Part shown: piece after piece, positions 42,324-54,900 of the stretch | Position numbering within the stretch: position 1 is the first letter of the stretch | How the letters are laid out: each line of letters opens with the position of its first letter | From: Paragordius varius | Lineage: Eukaryota > Animalia > Nematomorpha | Direction: 5' to 3' | Assembly: GCA_964247055.1 (NCBI GenBank) | Contig: OZ176051.1 | Span: 11,222,001 to 11,286,000, forward strand | DNA length: 64,000 bases | Notes under the pieces: generated by a model | Databases searched by the model: none | What the model was told of the DNA's origin: nothing | What the model saw: only the letters and a program-made list of their open reading frames with translations | Program-made: the position numbers and the translations under genes

Positions 42324-44003
42324 GTATGTACACTATCTCTAACTCTTATTAATTAATTATAACAATATTAGCTATATATTTATTGGGATTTTTTTATGAA
42401 ATTTTTAATTTAAGTAATATAAGTAATCCGAAAAATAATCGTAAATCATGTTTAAGTATTTTCGACCCTATAAAACAAGGCATTTATTCAATCAAATCGA
42501 TGTTCAAAGGATTAAATTTATTTACATCTCTAAACCATAATACGGTATTTGTTCATATTGGATACCTTTATATGGCAAGTTTAATTTAAATGCATAAAGT
42601 ATCAAAATTTTAAATATAATTTAATAAATTTCATCAACCTTACTTAATAAACATATAATGTTTATAATTATGTAATTACCCTTTCATTAATATTTTATCA
42701 GTTAAATGGAAATAACTCACTTGTTTACTTTTGAGATTGAAAAATTTAATACTTTTTAATTATATTACAATAGTCTTATATAATAAGAATATTCTAAGGT
42801 TGTATTTAAATATTTTAATATACTGGGCATGAGTCGAGACTAACAGTAATTACAACCTGTTTTTGAAATAAGCCGAAACCGGGCTACCATTTTCTAATTT
42901 TTTTAACCAATCCAGTTATAATTTAAAACCAACTCTAGTAGTTTTATGTTTAATAACAGCTAATTTAAATTTTCGGCCAAGTCTTCATAATATATTTGCC
43001 ATCAAAAGTAGAAAACAAGCTATGTTCATTTATATGTAAAAACATAATGTAATGTAAATATTAACTTTGAAACATTAATGGCAAAATTAGGGTCAGATCT
43101 GTCAAGTTATGAATGCATTCAAGTCCGGACTGTACCCATTTTTACAAATTAATTGAAAATTTCATATATTTATCACATAATATGAATGGTCTCCTTAAAT
43201 TTAAAGGGAGAATTTGAATTTTATCTATTTCAAATTTATTAACATTAAAAAAAACATTGATTATAATTAAGTTAAAAAATTGGCATTTGTGGTACCGATT
43301 GGCCGTTATGATTGCATTCAAAAGTCAAATGTTTCTTTAACCCCTCGAACACCAAACCTAATCCCATAAAATATCCTTATGTTAGAACCATTTTTTAATA
43401 AAATAATATTTTCTAATAATTTTAATTTTGCCAAGATGCATTTAATAAAACAAACATATAAACAAATTTAACATAATCCAATTTACCATTTATTTAATTA
43501 CCTTTAAACAAACAATGGTTTATATATCCGTAAATACGTATGCCATAAATGATAAATTAAATTAAATTTAAATTTGAAAATAATCCAATATAAAATCATA
43601 ATGAATAAGATATGTACAAATTTTTGAGTATTGACGTCTAATAAATACAACTATATAATAATATGAATTAATTAATACTAAATATCTAAAATTATGCGGT
43701 CATGGTCAACGCTAATTACACATTTGAAAGCTTTGTTTGTTGTTTGTTGATATGTACAAAATTAAAACAGAGATTGATTATTATGAAAAAGGGTATGGAA
43801 AGCGTTGAAACTAACATATGTTTCTCTATTTGGATTTGAAAAATATATTAATATTTTGACCCTGTTAGATCTAAAAAAATTTATCAATATATATAAATAA
43901 ATAATATTCAAGTTAAGGAAAATTTGGAGAAAATGCTTAAAGGTGGAAATTTTTTTTCGAATAATAAATTTGATGGTTGTTTAATCATTTTTATTATGTA
44001 TAG

Positions 44004-45244
44004 ACTTGCTCAACAAATATGTCCACACATCAGACCATCGAACCTTAGGTATACACACGCAACATTTAACATCTTTGGTAACCTATGATACAACAGAGAC
44101 GGCTATTAACTACACAGCATTTATGAATTCCATGAATGATATGACGAGTATGGATGAAAGATCATGGCGAAACTTTGTATGCAGTAAAATTGACCGGCTT
44201 TCAGATAATCGTAATGATTATTCTGATTCCATGCATTTAATTGGTAACTTTGGTCCCTGGTCTCGAAACATCCTATTTAACTCTTTATACTCGATTATAA
44301 TGTCGTTCAAAAAAAACCATTTTGTAACTGGAGATGATATGATGAAATACAATAAAAAAGTAGTGTATTGTTATGTGGCAAAAGCCTCATCCACCGCTTG
44401 GAAAAGTTTAATAGCTTTATCTCAACATCGCACCTTAGAAACATCACTACAATACTTGAAAGCTAATAAGAGTTTGGGACTTATTACTCAAAACTACCCG
44501 TATATTAGATTAAATAACAATGTAAATAGTAAAGGTTATTCTTCCAACACGACTGATTTAAAGGAGGAAGATATAGATTTTAGTTTTGCTTTTGTTCGAC
44601 ATCCGCTTCACCGTATACTTTCGGCTTATCGAAGTAAATTTTGTTGGAAAAACCGCTATTTCCAACAACGGTATGGGGATTACATTAAAACGACTGTTAA
44701 CATGGGGAATTTCATAAATTTTTCGTCACCACTAACTTATGTTAAATCAACATCCAATATTAGTTTAGCGGAATTTATTCATTTTGTAGTGAATATTGAG
44801 ACAGCGTATCCCAAAAGTAAATACTCATTTTTAATGAATCAACACTGGGCACCTATAGTCGATACATGTAATCCGTGTGCTTACAATTACGATTTCATCG
44901 GTAAACATGAAAATCGTCTACAAGATATACCCTACATCCTTAAACGGACGAGATGGGATAATTTACCATTTAATCCTTTTTACTTGGTTAGCCATGAGGC
45001 GCCAAAATACGCGACAACATTGTCTCACAATTATAATGATGTGGTTGATGACCAAAAATCATCAACAAACACCCAAAGTTTTCGAGATTACGATGCGAAA
45101 GATCAGGAAATTATTGATCAAATTCCTAATGAATTGTTGAAAAAGTTGGTTTATCTATTTAGATATGATTACGCTTTGTTTTACCCGAAAGATCCATTAT
45201 TCCTAAAACAATTAAACAGTAATCCGGATTTATTAACAAATTAA
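44004..45244 (+). CDS. Carbohydrate sulfotransferase catalytic exon, intact and most diverged (U3); predicted spliced protein 461 aa
   Basis: Open 412-codon frame. Acceptor TATAG|AC keeps the junction Asp (G+AC versus G+AT, synonymous). Confidence 0.9.
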
Positions 45245-46628
45245 ACTAAAAAACATGGAGATTGGAATAATTTATGTAAAATTTCAAGCATTTGATTAAT
45301 TTATTGTAACATATTTGCCTTTATCAATTTAGCCAATCTACAAAACACTTATGTGTTTAATAAATTTAATTTAATATATGACATGGTATTTATTGAGGAT
45401 TTTCCTACAGACTGGTTTATGTTACAAACCGAATATTTTAAATTTAAAGAGCTAAGTTTAGTTTAAAACATTATATATATAGTTAGTCGCAGTAGCTTTA
45501 TCAATCTTAATCAGGGGTCCATAATAAATTTTATTATTGTATAACTATGATTCACAAAACTTTCCTATGCGCAAAAATAAATTATGTTAGGAACCCTTGG
45601 CATATGTCGTATTGACTTATTTTAAATTCGACCGCATGATTAAAAATTGTTGGCCTTTTCAATTTTACCTAAACATTCCTTCTCTAGTTGACAGATTAAG
45701 TATAAGGGTGAAATGGTGGTATATTAATAGTATCATATTTTATAGTATTAACACTGATAGCATTAGGTTTTACAAAATTTAACTTTTAATCCAAATACCA
45801 TAATTACACTATATATCTATTATTTCTCATTTATTAGATGATATTCGCATATATAAAATTCCACGGAATTTTGCAAAAAAAGATTTTATAAACGGAGGTA
45901 AATTGATATAAAGAAGTTTTAAAAAGCAAATACTGAGCAAGGAATTTGTTTGTTTGGAGATGTAAAATTTGGCCTAATTTTCATTCCATGAACAATAACA
46001 TTTATAAGATATTGGTAAACTACAATTTTGAAGTCTAAACGGGTAATTAAAAGATCTTTATATAGGGTTAATACGGCTAGCTGAGAATTTTTAAGCGCCC
46101 CAAAAATTTTCGTATAACTTATCCATTCAAAAATGTTTAGATTATATACCATAAGAAATAAATTATCAGGGTTGTCAGAAATGATTACCGGTTTTTTGAT
46201 AACAAATCAGGTAATTTTGAAGGAAAATCAATCATTTAATTAATTAAGAATACTGTGCATCTTTAAACATTGCGCCAATTTCTCAGACCATTTGCACAAG
46301 AGTGTCCTTGAACATTTCAGGTTGGTACTTGAACACTTCAAGTTGGTCCTAAAATTTTTAAGTTTGGATTTTAACCTAATTTTATATATTTGCTCACTTT
46401 AAAATAAAAATTTATATTCAAACCTTTTTTTGTTGATTTTTTTCCAATTTAACCAAATTATTAATTTATTAACGTTTTTAATGAAAAATTATAATTAATA
46501 ATCCAGAAATTTATTTTTTTAATTACCTGTTAAAATCTATATTTTTTAAGATCTCAATAAAGATATACGGTTTCTGAATGATTAGAAATTGATATCGATT
46601 TAAAATTTATGTCAAATAAAAAATAGAT

Positions 46629-47844
46629 TAAAAATGATAAAATGGGTGAATAATACACTATTTGATTGATAAAAGTTAAAGACAATATAAAGACAAAGGT
46701 CCAATCAAGTGTTCATGGACCAACTCGAAGTGTTCTCTTAAGGTGCAAATGGTATATGAAAGGCATGACATAATAGCCGATTGAACTTTGCAGCATTCGT
46801 CAGACCATTTTCCAACGTCTTCCAAATTATTGAATTGCTGTCTGAGGGCGTGTGCCTGATAGACAGAGGTAATAATGGCCTTAAATAAATACGGTGGATG
46901 TGGAAGAATTCCCCATCGAAGCTATTTTAAGGTATCTTTCTGGTTTTGCTGTGGAATTGCCAAGTAACAAAATTACTTTGTAGTGTTTTCTGGCTCATTT
47001 CCGTTTTTAAATAAGGCATAATTTCATTTGATGCCGATAGCGTTGTGTATAAACGGTTTCACTGATGAGCTTTAAATACAAAACAGCATAATCTTCTTCT
47101 TAAGCGTGTCCTTGATATTGATAACCATCTTGGGAAGCCAGAATTTATTCCCCTTTGGATCGACAGGGCCACTCTTCCCTCGTCACAATGCGATCAAAAA
47201 ATGATTTGCTTTCACGAACAGGATTTTACAATCCTCTTGGTGATTTTTAATTTGACGTTCATTCGAATGGTGTTATAACCATTATCAAGTTTATTGGTCG
47301 TTACCAATGCTCGAAATATGCACTGATTGTTTTTTGTGGTCATCTAATACTTCTGCCAATTTCCGTTGAATCCGAGTCGAATCATTATCTAATAATTCTT
47401 GCCTTTTATCGTCTTCTCAATTATGTGGTCTCTAAGGTTCTCTTTTTCGAATTGAGATAACTTTCAAATTTTCGAAACCATGTTTTACATGTTTTTATCA
47501 ATGAAGCATGTTTACCGCGTTGACAGCAAACAATGACTTTCAACAGCCTGTTTCTTGTAAGAGAATAGAAATGCATCTGCAGTTAATTTTTTTAGGCAAA
47601 TTTGACATGATTATTGAATGATATAAATGAGACTTTAATTTTTTTAGACTCAACTTATGTTTGTTTGTCGTTTAATGTCAGATGAATAATATGGCGTCTA
47701 TGTCTAATTAATCTGCTGCGTATTTTTCGCTCAAGTCGTCTCTTAACTGAAGACTTTAGGGTTTTACAAATTAAATTTCCAATTAATTCTCAAGTATACC
47801 TGAATATAATCATTTATTTTTGCAATAATTATAATTATAAATCT
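46629..47844. repeat. Partial terminal unit U4
   Basis: Near-identical to the unit start until ~47330, then clearly more diverged. Homology stops at ~47843, the position equivalent to the base before the hAT left TIR. Confidence 0.9.
46755..47805 (-). pseudogene. Mariner remnant, U4 copy (5' part diverged)
   Basis: Same remnant. The minus strand near 47805 reads TATTCAGGTATACTTGAG, resembling a mariner TIR start. Confidence 0.65.
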
Positions 47845-48975
47845 CGAAAATTCAATAATTGAAAAGATACAAATTTTTAAACTATATATACAAAAGAAAT
47901 CAAGCCGTGACTTAGATGTAACTAGATATCAGCATATTTTTCAATAATAAAAATAGTTTAAAGTGTCATTAAACAATATTGATAATACCAAAAAAATATT
48001 CCTTACAATATATAACCTCTATCGTACTTAACATATAATTCATGTATGAAACACAATCAAATAAAGCAATACAAAAAATTATATTTATAAGCTCAATATT
48101 AATTGTTTGCCACAAAATAGCCATATATATCATATATAGTAAAAATCGAAATATACAGACCGTAAAAACTAATAGACATTGGAGAGATAATCAAACCTTC
48201 ATTTTTCCAGCAATGGTAAATAACATAAATTATATCTATAATCCATATTTTACGACGTAACACTTATAAGAAAAATATCAATGTAAAAATATGGTAGCTA
48301 TTAAAAAAATGCCTTTTAGCTTTTACCATTTGTCTATATAATTTCAGTTTTTGCTATATGTATATATTATAAATATGTTTAATCATTCTTTGTGACATGG
48401 TTTCGGGATGTTTTAGTTTTTGGTATATGGTTTGAGCCAACATGCGTATCATTTTTTGACGTTAATAAAGTAGATGTACTACTTTGCTTTTTTGTTGCCG
48501 GAATTTTAGTTTGTGAACGAGTTTTTGTGGTTCCCCCTAAACTCAATGAAGAGGAGTGCTGATTGCTATTCCCAAGTCCCAAAGTATGGCTAATGGCTGT
48601 CGCATTAAAATTTCCTAGCGTACTGTTAACGGTTGGATGTTGCAAAACAGCTGAAAACCATTCACAAAGTACCTAATATTATTACAGAGATCAGAACCGG
48701 AGAGATTTTTTATAAATGCGCTTCAATAATATAAACCAAGGACAAAAATCTCAAAAAATAAAAAAATTTTTTATGCCGCAGTAAGGATATCTAAAATTCG
48801 TTATGCGTTTTCAAAACTTTTACAAAAAATATAAACTAATAGTTTTGTAGTTAAATACTAAAAATAATAGATTGTAATATATTAGGTATATTTATATACC
48901 TGATCCATCTCTTATAGTTTTGTATAAACTTTAATTAAAATCAAGCATAAATTTCATAAGAAATTAGTAAAAAGA

Positions 48976-51900
48976 TCATAAATAGTTAAGAACCGTTTCC
49001 CAAACATATTTAGCCATGCTATCTATGCCATCCGCCACGTCCCCAATGTTAAAGGGTAGGGTTTTGTTTTCAAGTTGCTCTTCGTCATTACTTGTTGGGC
49101 TTTCACGATACTGTTCCTGCCCTCCTAAACCATGGTTTAAATTACTCGTGGAGGTGGTTGGGGTATCCACATAAAATTTGGATGGGATTGCCCTGTAAAC
49201 CTCGGAACTTGATGCGTATATCCTAAATTTTTATTTAAAATAAGTTTCCAACTTTTCATTTTTACTAGGGGAAAATGGATTAAATTAAAATGTAATTTAA
49301 TTTAAATTTAAACGTAGCCTAGAAGTAAACATCATTATCAAATAAAATATTTGAATAATCGTGATGGAAACTATTTTTAAAGCCCAACCTAATAACCCTA
49401 TTTATTTAAAATGAAAGCATAAATTATTAAGGTGGCAATTACTAAGATAAATCATTACTTGCGCTAAAAATATTTTGTCTTTACCTGGCATACAACCAAA
49501 CCACAAGTAGAATCAGACAAATACCCAAGCTATAACTCCAAAGTTTGGCAAGTCCGGTCAGGCCCACAAGCGATAGTATGTTTGAAATGATGTAACATAT
49601 AACCATACTACATATGAGTACAATAGGTGTCCTCCCTGCACTAAAAACATTTTTAGTCTCGTTCGTTTTAACGTAAGCCTCGTAATGTTCAGCTATTTCA
49701 TGGACTAAACGCTCCTCATACCCCTGACAAAATTGGGGCCCACCCATTTTTTTAGTTGAGCGAAAAAGGATTAAAGCTTTGCGCTTAGCTATGGCATGCT
49801 CTTTATCAATCATTCCAGGGTTCGTGTAAGGTCTATCGGGACCACAAATCTATCGGTTTTTTTCGGCAACATAAATAATACATACTGAGTGACAAAAAAT
49901 TAAGCAAAAGCGCTTTTTCCATTAGAAAAACTGAATTAACTGATGATTACTTAAAATTAAATGGCTCCTGTATATATCAATGTTATCGAATGCAGCAAAA
50001 ATTATTAGTTAATTAAACGTTTTAAAATTCTTTCGCTTAAAAACATCAACCGAAATTAAAATGTATGATTGCACACTTTTAAGACAGTATAATATGTTTT
50101 CCTGTCATTTTACGCAATGAGCTGCAAAAAAATCTTTTTAAATAACAAAAATGCGATTTTTTAAATTTGTCCAATTATAAAAAAATTATTTGACTATTTT
50201 GCTATCCAACCTCTATTTAAACAATATAAAACTCCGAGCTGAGTCATTTAGTTCCACTAATTATATTTATACAATTTATTAAAGTTAGCTGCATATTTAC
50301 CTAAATCTTTGTGTTTGATAAAATATTTTTATAAATTAATATATATGTAATATCTGATGTAGAAAGATGTTAGTAAGTAATGTATTCTCTATTCATATTC
50401 ATTTTTTCGGTAAAAGTCACTATCCTAAAACACCGTTATTTTATGACGATTTTCACATCATAGATATTAAAATTTAGTTATTTTAAGGATAAAAAATAAA
50501 CCTACACTACACCCCTATTTAATAAATATTATCTAAAATTCATAGGAATAAAAGTATTTTAATTATCTAAGAGAGAGCATATGTATACTAACCTCATCCA
50601 TAAGATGAGTGTACCGATCTTTCGATGCACTAAGGGCAGTTAAGTTATTGGCTTCAGCCGTTGCAAGTAACATAGTTTTGGGTTCAGGTAATTCATTCCC
50701 TTGATAAATTTTGATGTAGGCCTATATGTTGATAAATTTTATATTGGTTGTAGAAACAGTGTGTGTATAAGTTTAATATTCGAATAATTTTACGCTAAAA
50801 AATTTTATGAGGGATTAAAAACAAATTTATACAAAATCAATAATATTTTCTTTAAACATTTGAAAAGATTGGTACAAAAATCATATTTTAACCATTGGCA
50901 ATCATACAAATAAAAAAATCTACTGAGTTAGCAAAGTCGCAAAATAAATGCTGTTCTAAAAATATTAAAGATAAATCGCCCAACCTGGAAATATAAGAAT
51001 AAATCATGTGCCGTAATTTGAACTCCGTTAATTTCTTTGAGAACCAAATTTTCGGGCGCAAATATGAGTGGTGCTAATACTTTAATGTTTTCCAAGAAAT
51101 CAGATTGTATTTCTAGAAATTTAGGCACAATAAATGAAATTGTATCTTTTTGTGGCAAAATAAAAACAAACTAGAGTCAAATGATGAATAGAAATAATAT
51201 AAAATGACTTTTGAAATACAATATAATATAAAATTTGTATAAATGACATTGTGTACAAAAAAGATCACAGAATAAAATCGGAATATATGGTAATATATGG
51301 TTGATTTGATCCCTGACAATATAATAATTATATTGAAAATATATTGGGATTTATTCTGTAAATTTTTGTTGTACACAAATTTTAATAAAATACGTTTTAT
51401 ATATTATGTAAAAATTCATTTAATACAAAAAATCAGCAAATATAGCAAAACATTATTATATAATCAAATAAATTTCAATGAATAAATTTACCAGATATAT
51501 TGCCAACAAAATTAGGAGAGGTAGCAACGTTAAGACCAGGATGTGGAAGTAAAAAACAATCAAGTTGGGAAAAACAAGTTTTTATATGCTTTCTAATTTG
51601 TTGTAATTCTGGATGCTGGCTATCTTTTATCTATTAAATAGGATTTTATAGAATATTTTAAACAAAATACAAAACTAATTGGGTATATCGATGATAATTT
51701 CGAAAAATTTCAACGATTTTTTTATTCATTGTGTAGAAAAATATAGTTTGAGTGGAATATTATATATCAGGGGTGGCCACACTTTTTTTGTCGCGAGCTT
51801 TTTTTTGGCTTTTTTGTTAAAAAAAGAGTTCGCGGTCACCCAGAAATATTTATCAAAAAAACTCAATCAACACTTTAAATGATGTATATACCTGCTTTAC

Positions 51901-54900
51901 AGATTAGAGTGACTTGTTTAAACCATTTTAAAATTGTAATTTTTTTATCTATCAACCAAATACAAAAATAATTTTAATTAAAAGACAACGGGTTATTAAC
52001 TACCTTAATTTTTTAACCAACATAAAACACTTCAAAATATTTATTTATTAAATTTCTATTATATGAAATTTTACAATATAAAAATTTAAACAATGCATTT
52101 GAAATTACAGGGGAGAATACATTATGATACAAAAAATAAAAGAAATAAAAAATAGCATTCCAATTTAGAACCATAATTTGAACATAAATAAGAGTACATT
52201 AAAATTGTATCAGTTTTAATTCTATCCACATATTTTTTAGTAAATCGGCTTTTTCCTAAGCAAAAATACAACTCGATAAACATCCATATTTAATAAAGAA
52301 AAAAATATTTAAAACGCCCGACTGCGAAAAAATTCAGAAAGTTTATCTAAATTAGGTTCAAATGAAGTCAAAGCAATTCTCAAACATGATTCTAAATGTT
52401 TATTAGTTAATTGTGACCTCTGTTTAGTTTTGATAGCATTCATAATTGAAAAAGCCGATTCACATAAATATGTGGATCCAAAAAAAGAATTGAATAATGC
52501 AGCGGTTTTCCAAATATGGGGGTATTTATCTTTATTTATAAATTTATATATATATGATCCTAATGATTTTAGATGGATATCGCATTTAACATTTATTAAT
52601 TCCTCTTCCAACTCTGCTAAATTTGGTACACCAAGAAAGTGGCTGAGTTTTTGAGCAATATATTCAACATTATTATTATTATTAAATGGGCATGATAAAA
52701 AAATAGCGATGTCTTCAAGATTATTTATAGATGAAAATCGTTTTTCAAAACCATTAATAAGCAGACCAATATCATCTGCATATTTTTCAAAAGAGAGATT
52801 CTCTATTTTTTCAGACACCGCTGCCAGATTAAAAAAATGTTTTAAATTCGGTTTTTTAATTGTGTTTCTACTACTGTTAGTGTTTCCTTAAAAGATTTTA
52901 AAGCACCCATCATATCCATTATTGTTTTATCTTTTCCTTGTAATTGGATGTTTAATTTATGCAATTTTTCCGTGATATCGCATAAAAATGCAAGATCAAG
53001 CAGCCAATCATGATCTTTCAATTCAGGGTATGAAAGAATTCTCTAAAAAAATTTCTATTTGTGGTAAAAGTTGCCTAAATCTAATTAAAAATGCGGCACG
53101 ACTCAACCACCTTACATCAGTATGTTATAAAAGTTCTCCATATTCCACGCCGCACTCATTTAACAAAATTCGAAATTGGCGGCGGGACAAGCTTTTTGTT
53201 CGAATGGCGTTAACAATTTTAAAACAGGGGTTCATTACATGATGGTATTTTAAAACTTTTGAACATAAAACTTGATTATGGATTATACAATGGTAATCAA
53301 TGAACTTGGGAAATGCACTGTGATTTTTACATAAAGCGATAAAGCCGTTGTTAACGCCAATCATAGCTGGAGCTCCATCAGTAGTTATAGATGCGAGTTT
53401 TACGATGGGAAGTTTCGTATCTGTGATAAATTTATAAAAAGAATCAAAAATATCCTGCCCTCTGGTTCGTTCGTGGAGAGGTATTATAGTTAATAATTCC
53501 TCCTTTGCAGATAAATCACTAAATATCATACGATTAAAAATGCATAATTGGGCGATTCCAACATAATCGGTGGACTCATCGAGTTGCAAGTAAAAAAAAT
53601 ACAGTTATTAATATTTTCATGTAAAATTTCATCAAGATTATTACTAATATCTTCAGCCCTGCGCATAACGGCATTTCTCGATAAGCTTATGCTTTTAATA
53701 GCTGTCATAATATTATTTTTGTTATCAAAATTTTAAAATAAAATATCACAAGCGCTAGTAAAGGCTTCTTTAAATATTTCACCATCTTGGAATGGCTTAT
53801 TGTTCCGAATGAGTATTTCCGCTACCTTGAATGAAGCAATCGTAGCATTTTTATAGTCTTTGTTGTATTTAAGTATGCTATTTTGTGAGGCGGATAATTG
53901 TTCTTTTAATTCCTTTACTTTAATGTTGCGTTCTTGAGTTTGTAAGGGGTAGTTTTTGGAGTAATGTGGATGCAGAGATCTATAATGTCTTTCAATATTT
54001 GACTTTTTGGGCAAAGCAACAGTACTATTGCATATTAGACAGGTGCATGTTTCATTTATCATAATAAAAAAGTATTCATGCTCCCAATCTTTCTTGTATC
54101 TGTACAACTTTTTTTGGCTCATTCTAAAATATAAGTTTTAAAAACCTACTTTTGGTGTATCAAATCAAATCTAACTTCACGATTATGCTTCTGATTTATG
54201 AATAAGCTTTGCTCAAAGTTTTGATATATTCAAGGGAAATGACTGATTTTAAGTTTTAATGCAAATGCTCCAAAACATATGAATTATAATTAATAAAATA
54301 ATTTTTTTACACCCTTTTCTTAGACGTTTTTTTTAATTTAAACCGTATTTTTTTGTATTTTAAATTTAAATTCGCTCAGAAGTAGCCAACTATCCGAAAA
54401 AAATCAATAAATTTTTTTTAAAAAAATATTTTCAGGCGGTCACTTTTTGAGTTGTGGCGGTCACGAAAGTGACCGCGGTCACCTCGTTGGTCACCCCTGT
54501 TATATATAATTTGTGCATACTTCAAGCCGTTTATCAAGTAATTGATTTCCGCCATTCAAACCATATGGGTATTCATAGGGGTAACTCCAATCTCGAATCA
54601 AGAACATTAAATGCTGTAAAAGATATATAGATAAAATGATTTATGAAACTTTTTCATATATTATGTGTTATCATTCGTTTTGAAAAAACTAAATTACTAC
54701 AATTTAAAAAAATTATATGTAATTATTAAAAAAAATTTATTTTTTGCCCAAAAATAAAATTTTGGGGCATATAAATTTTAAAAAAACGGGTGGGGGCGCA
54801 TATGATACCATTATTTTTTTTTATTATGTATGTGTAAAGACCAATTTTATATTAATATATAAGACTCACAGCATTAAATTATGCATATGAAATAGTTTTA

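Larger units (their letters stand above)
31592..46628. repeat. Tandem segmental duplication unit U3 (15,037 bp)
   Basis: Colinear with U1/U2; more diverged around ~43200-44600. Confidence 0.95.

Noticed and set aside
1-47844. Whole array as a pure assembly artefact
   Set aside because: Copies carry private insertions, deletions and mosaic tracts, and end in a diverged partial unit joined to unique DNA. Some haplotype duplication still cannot be excluded without read depth.
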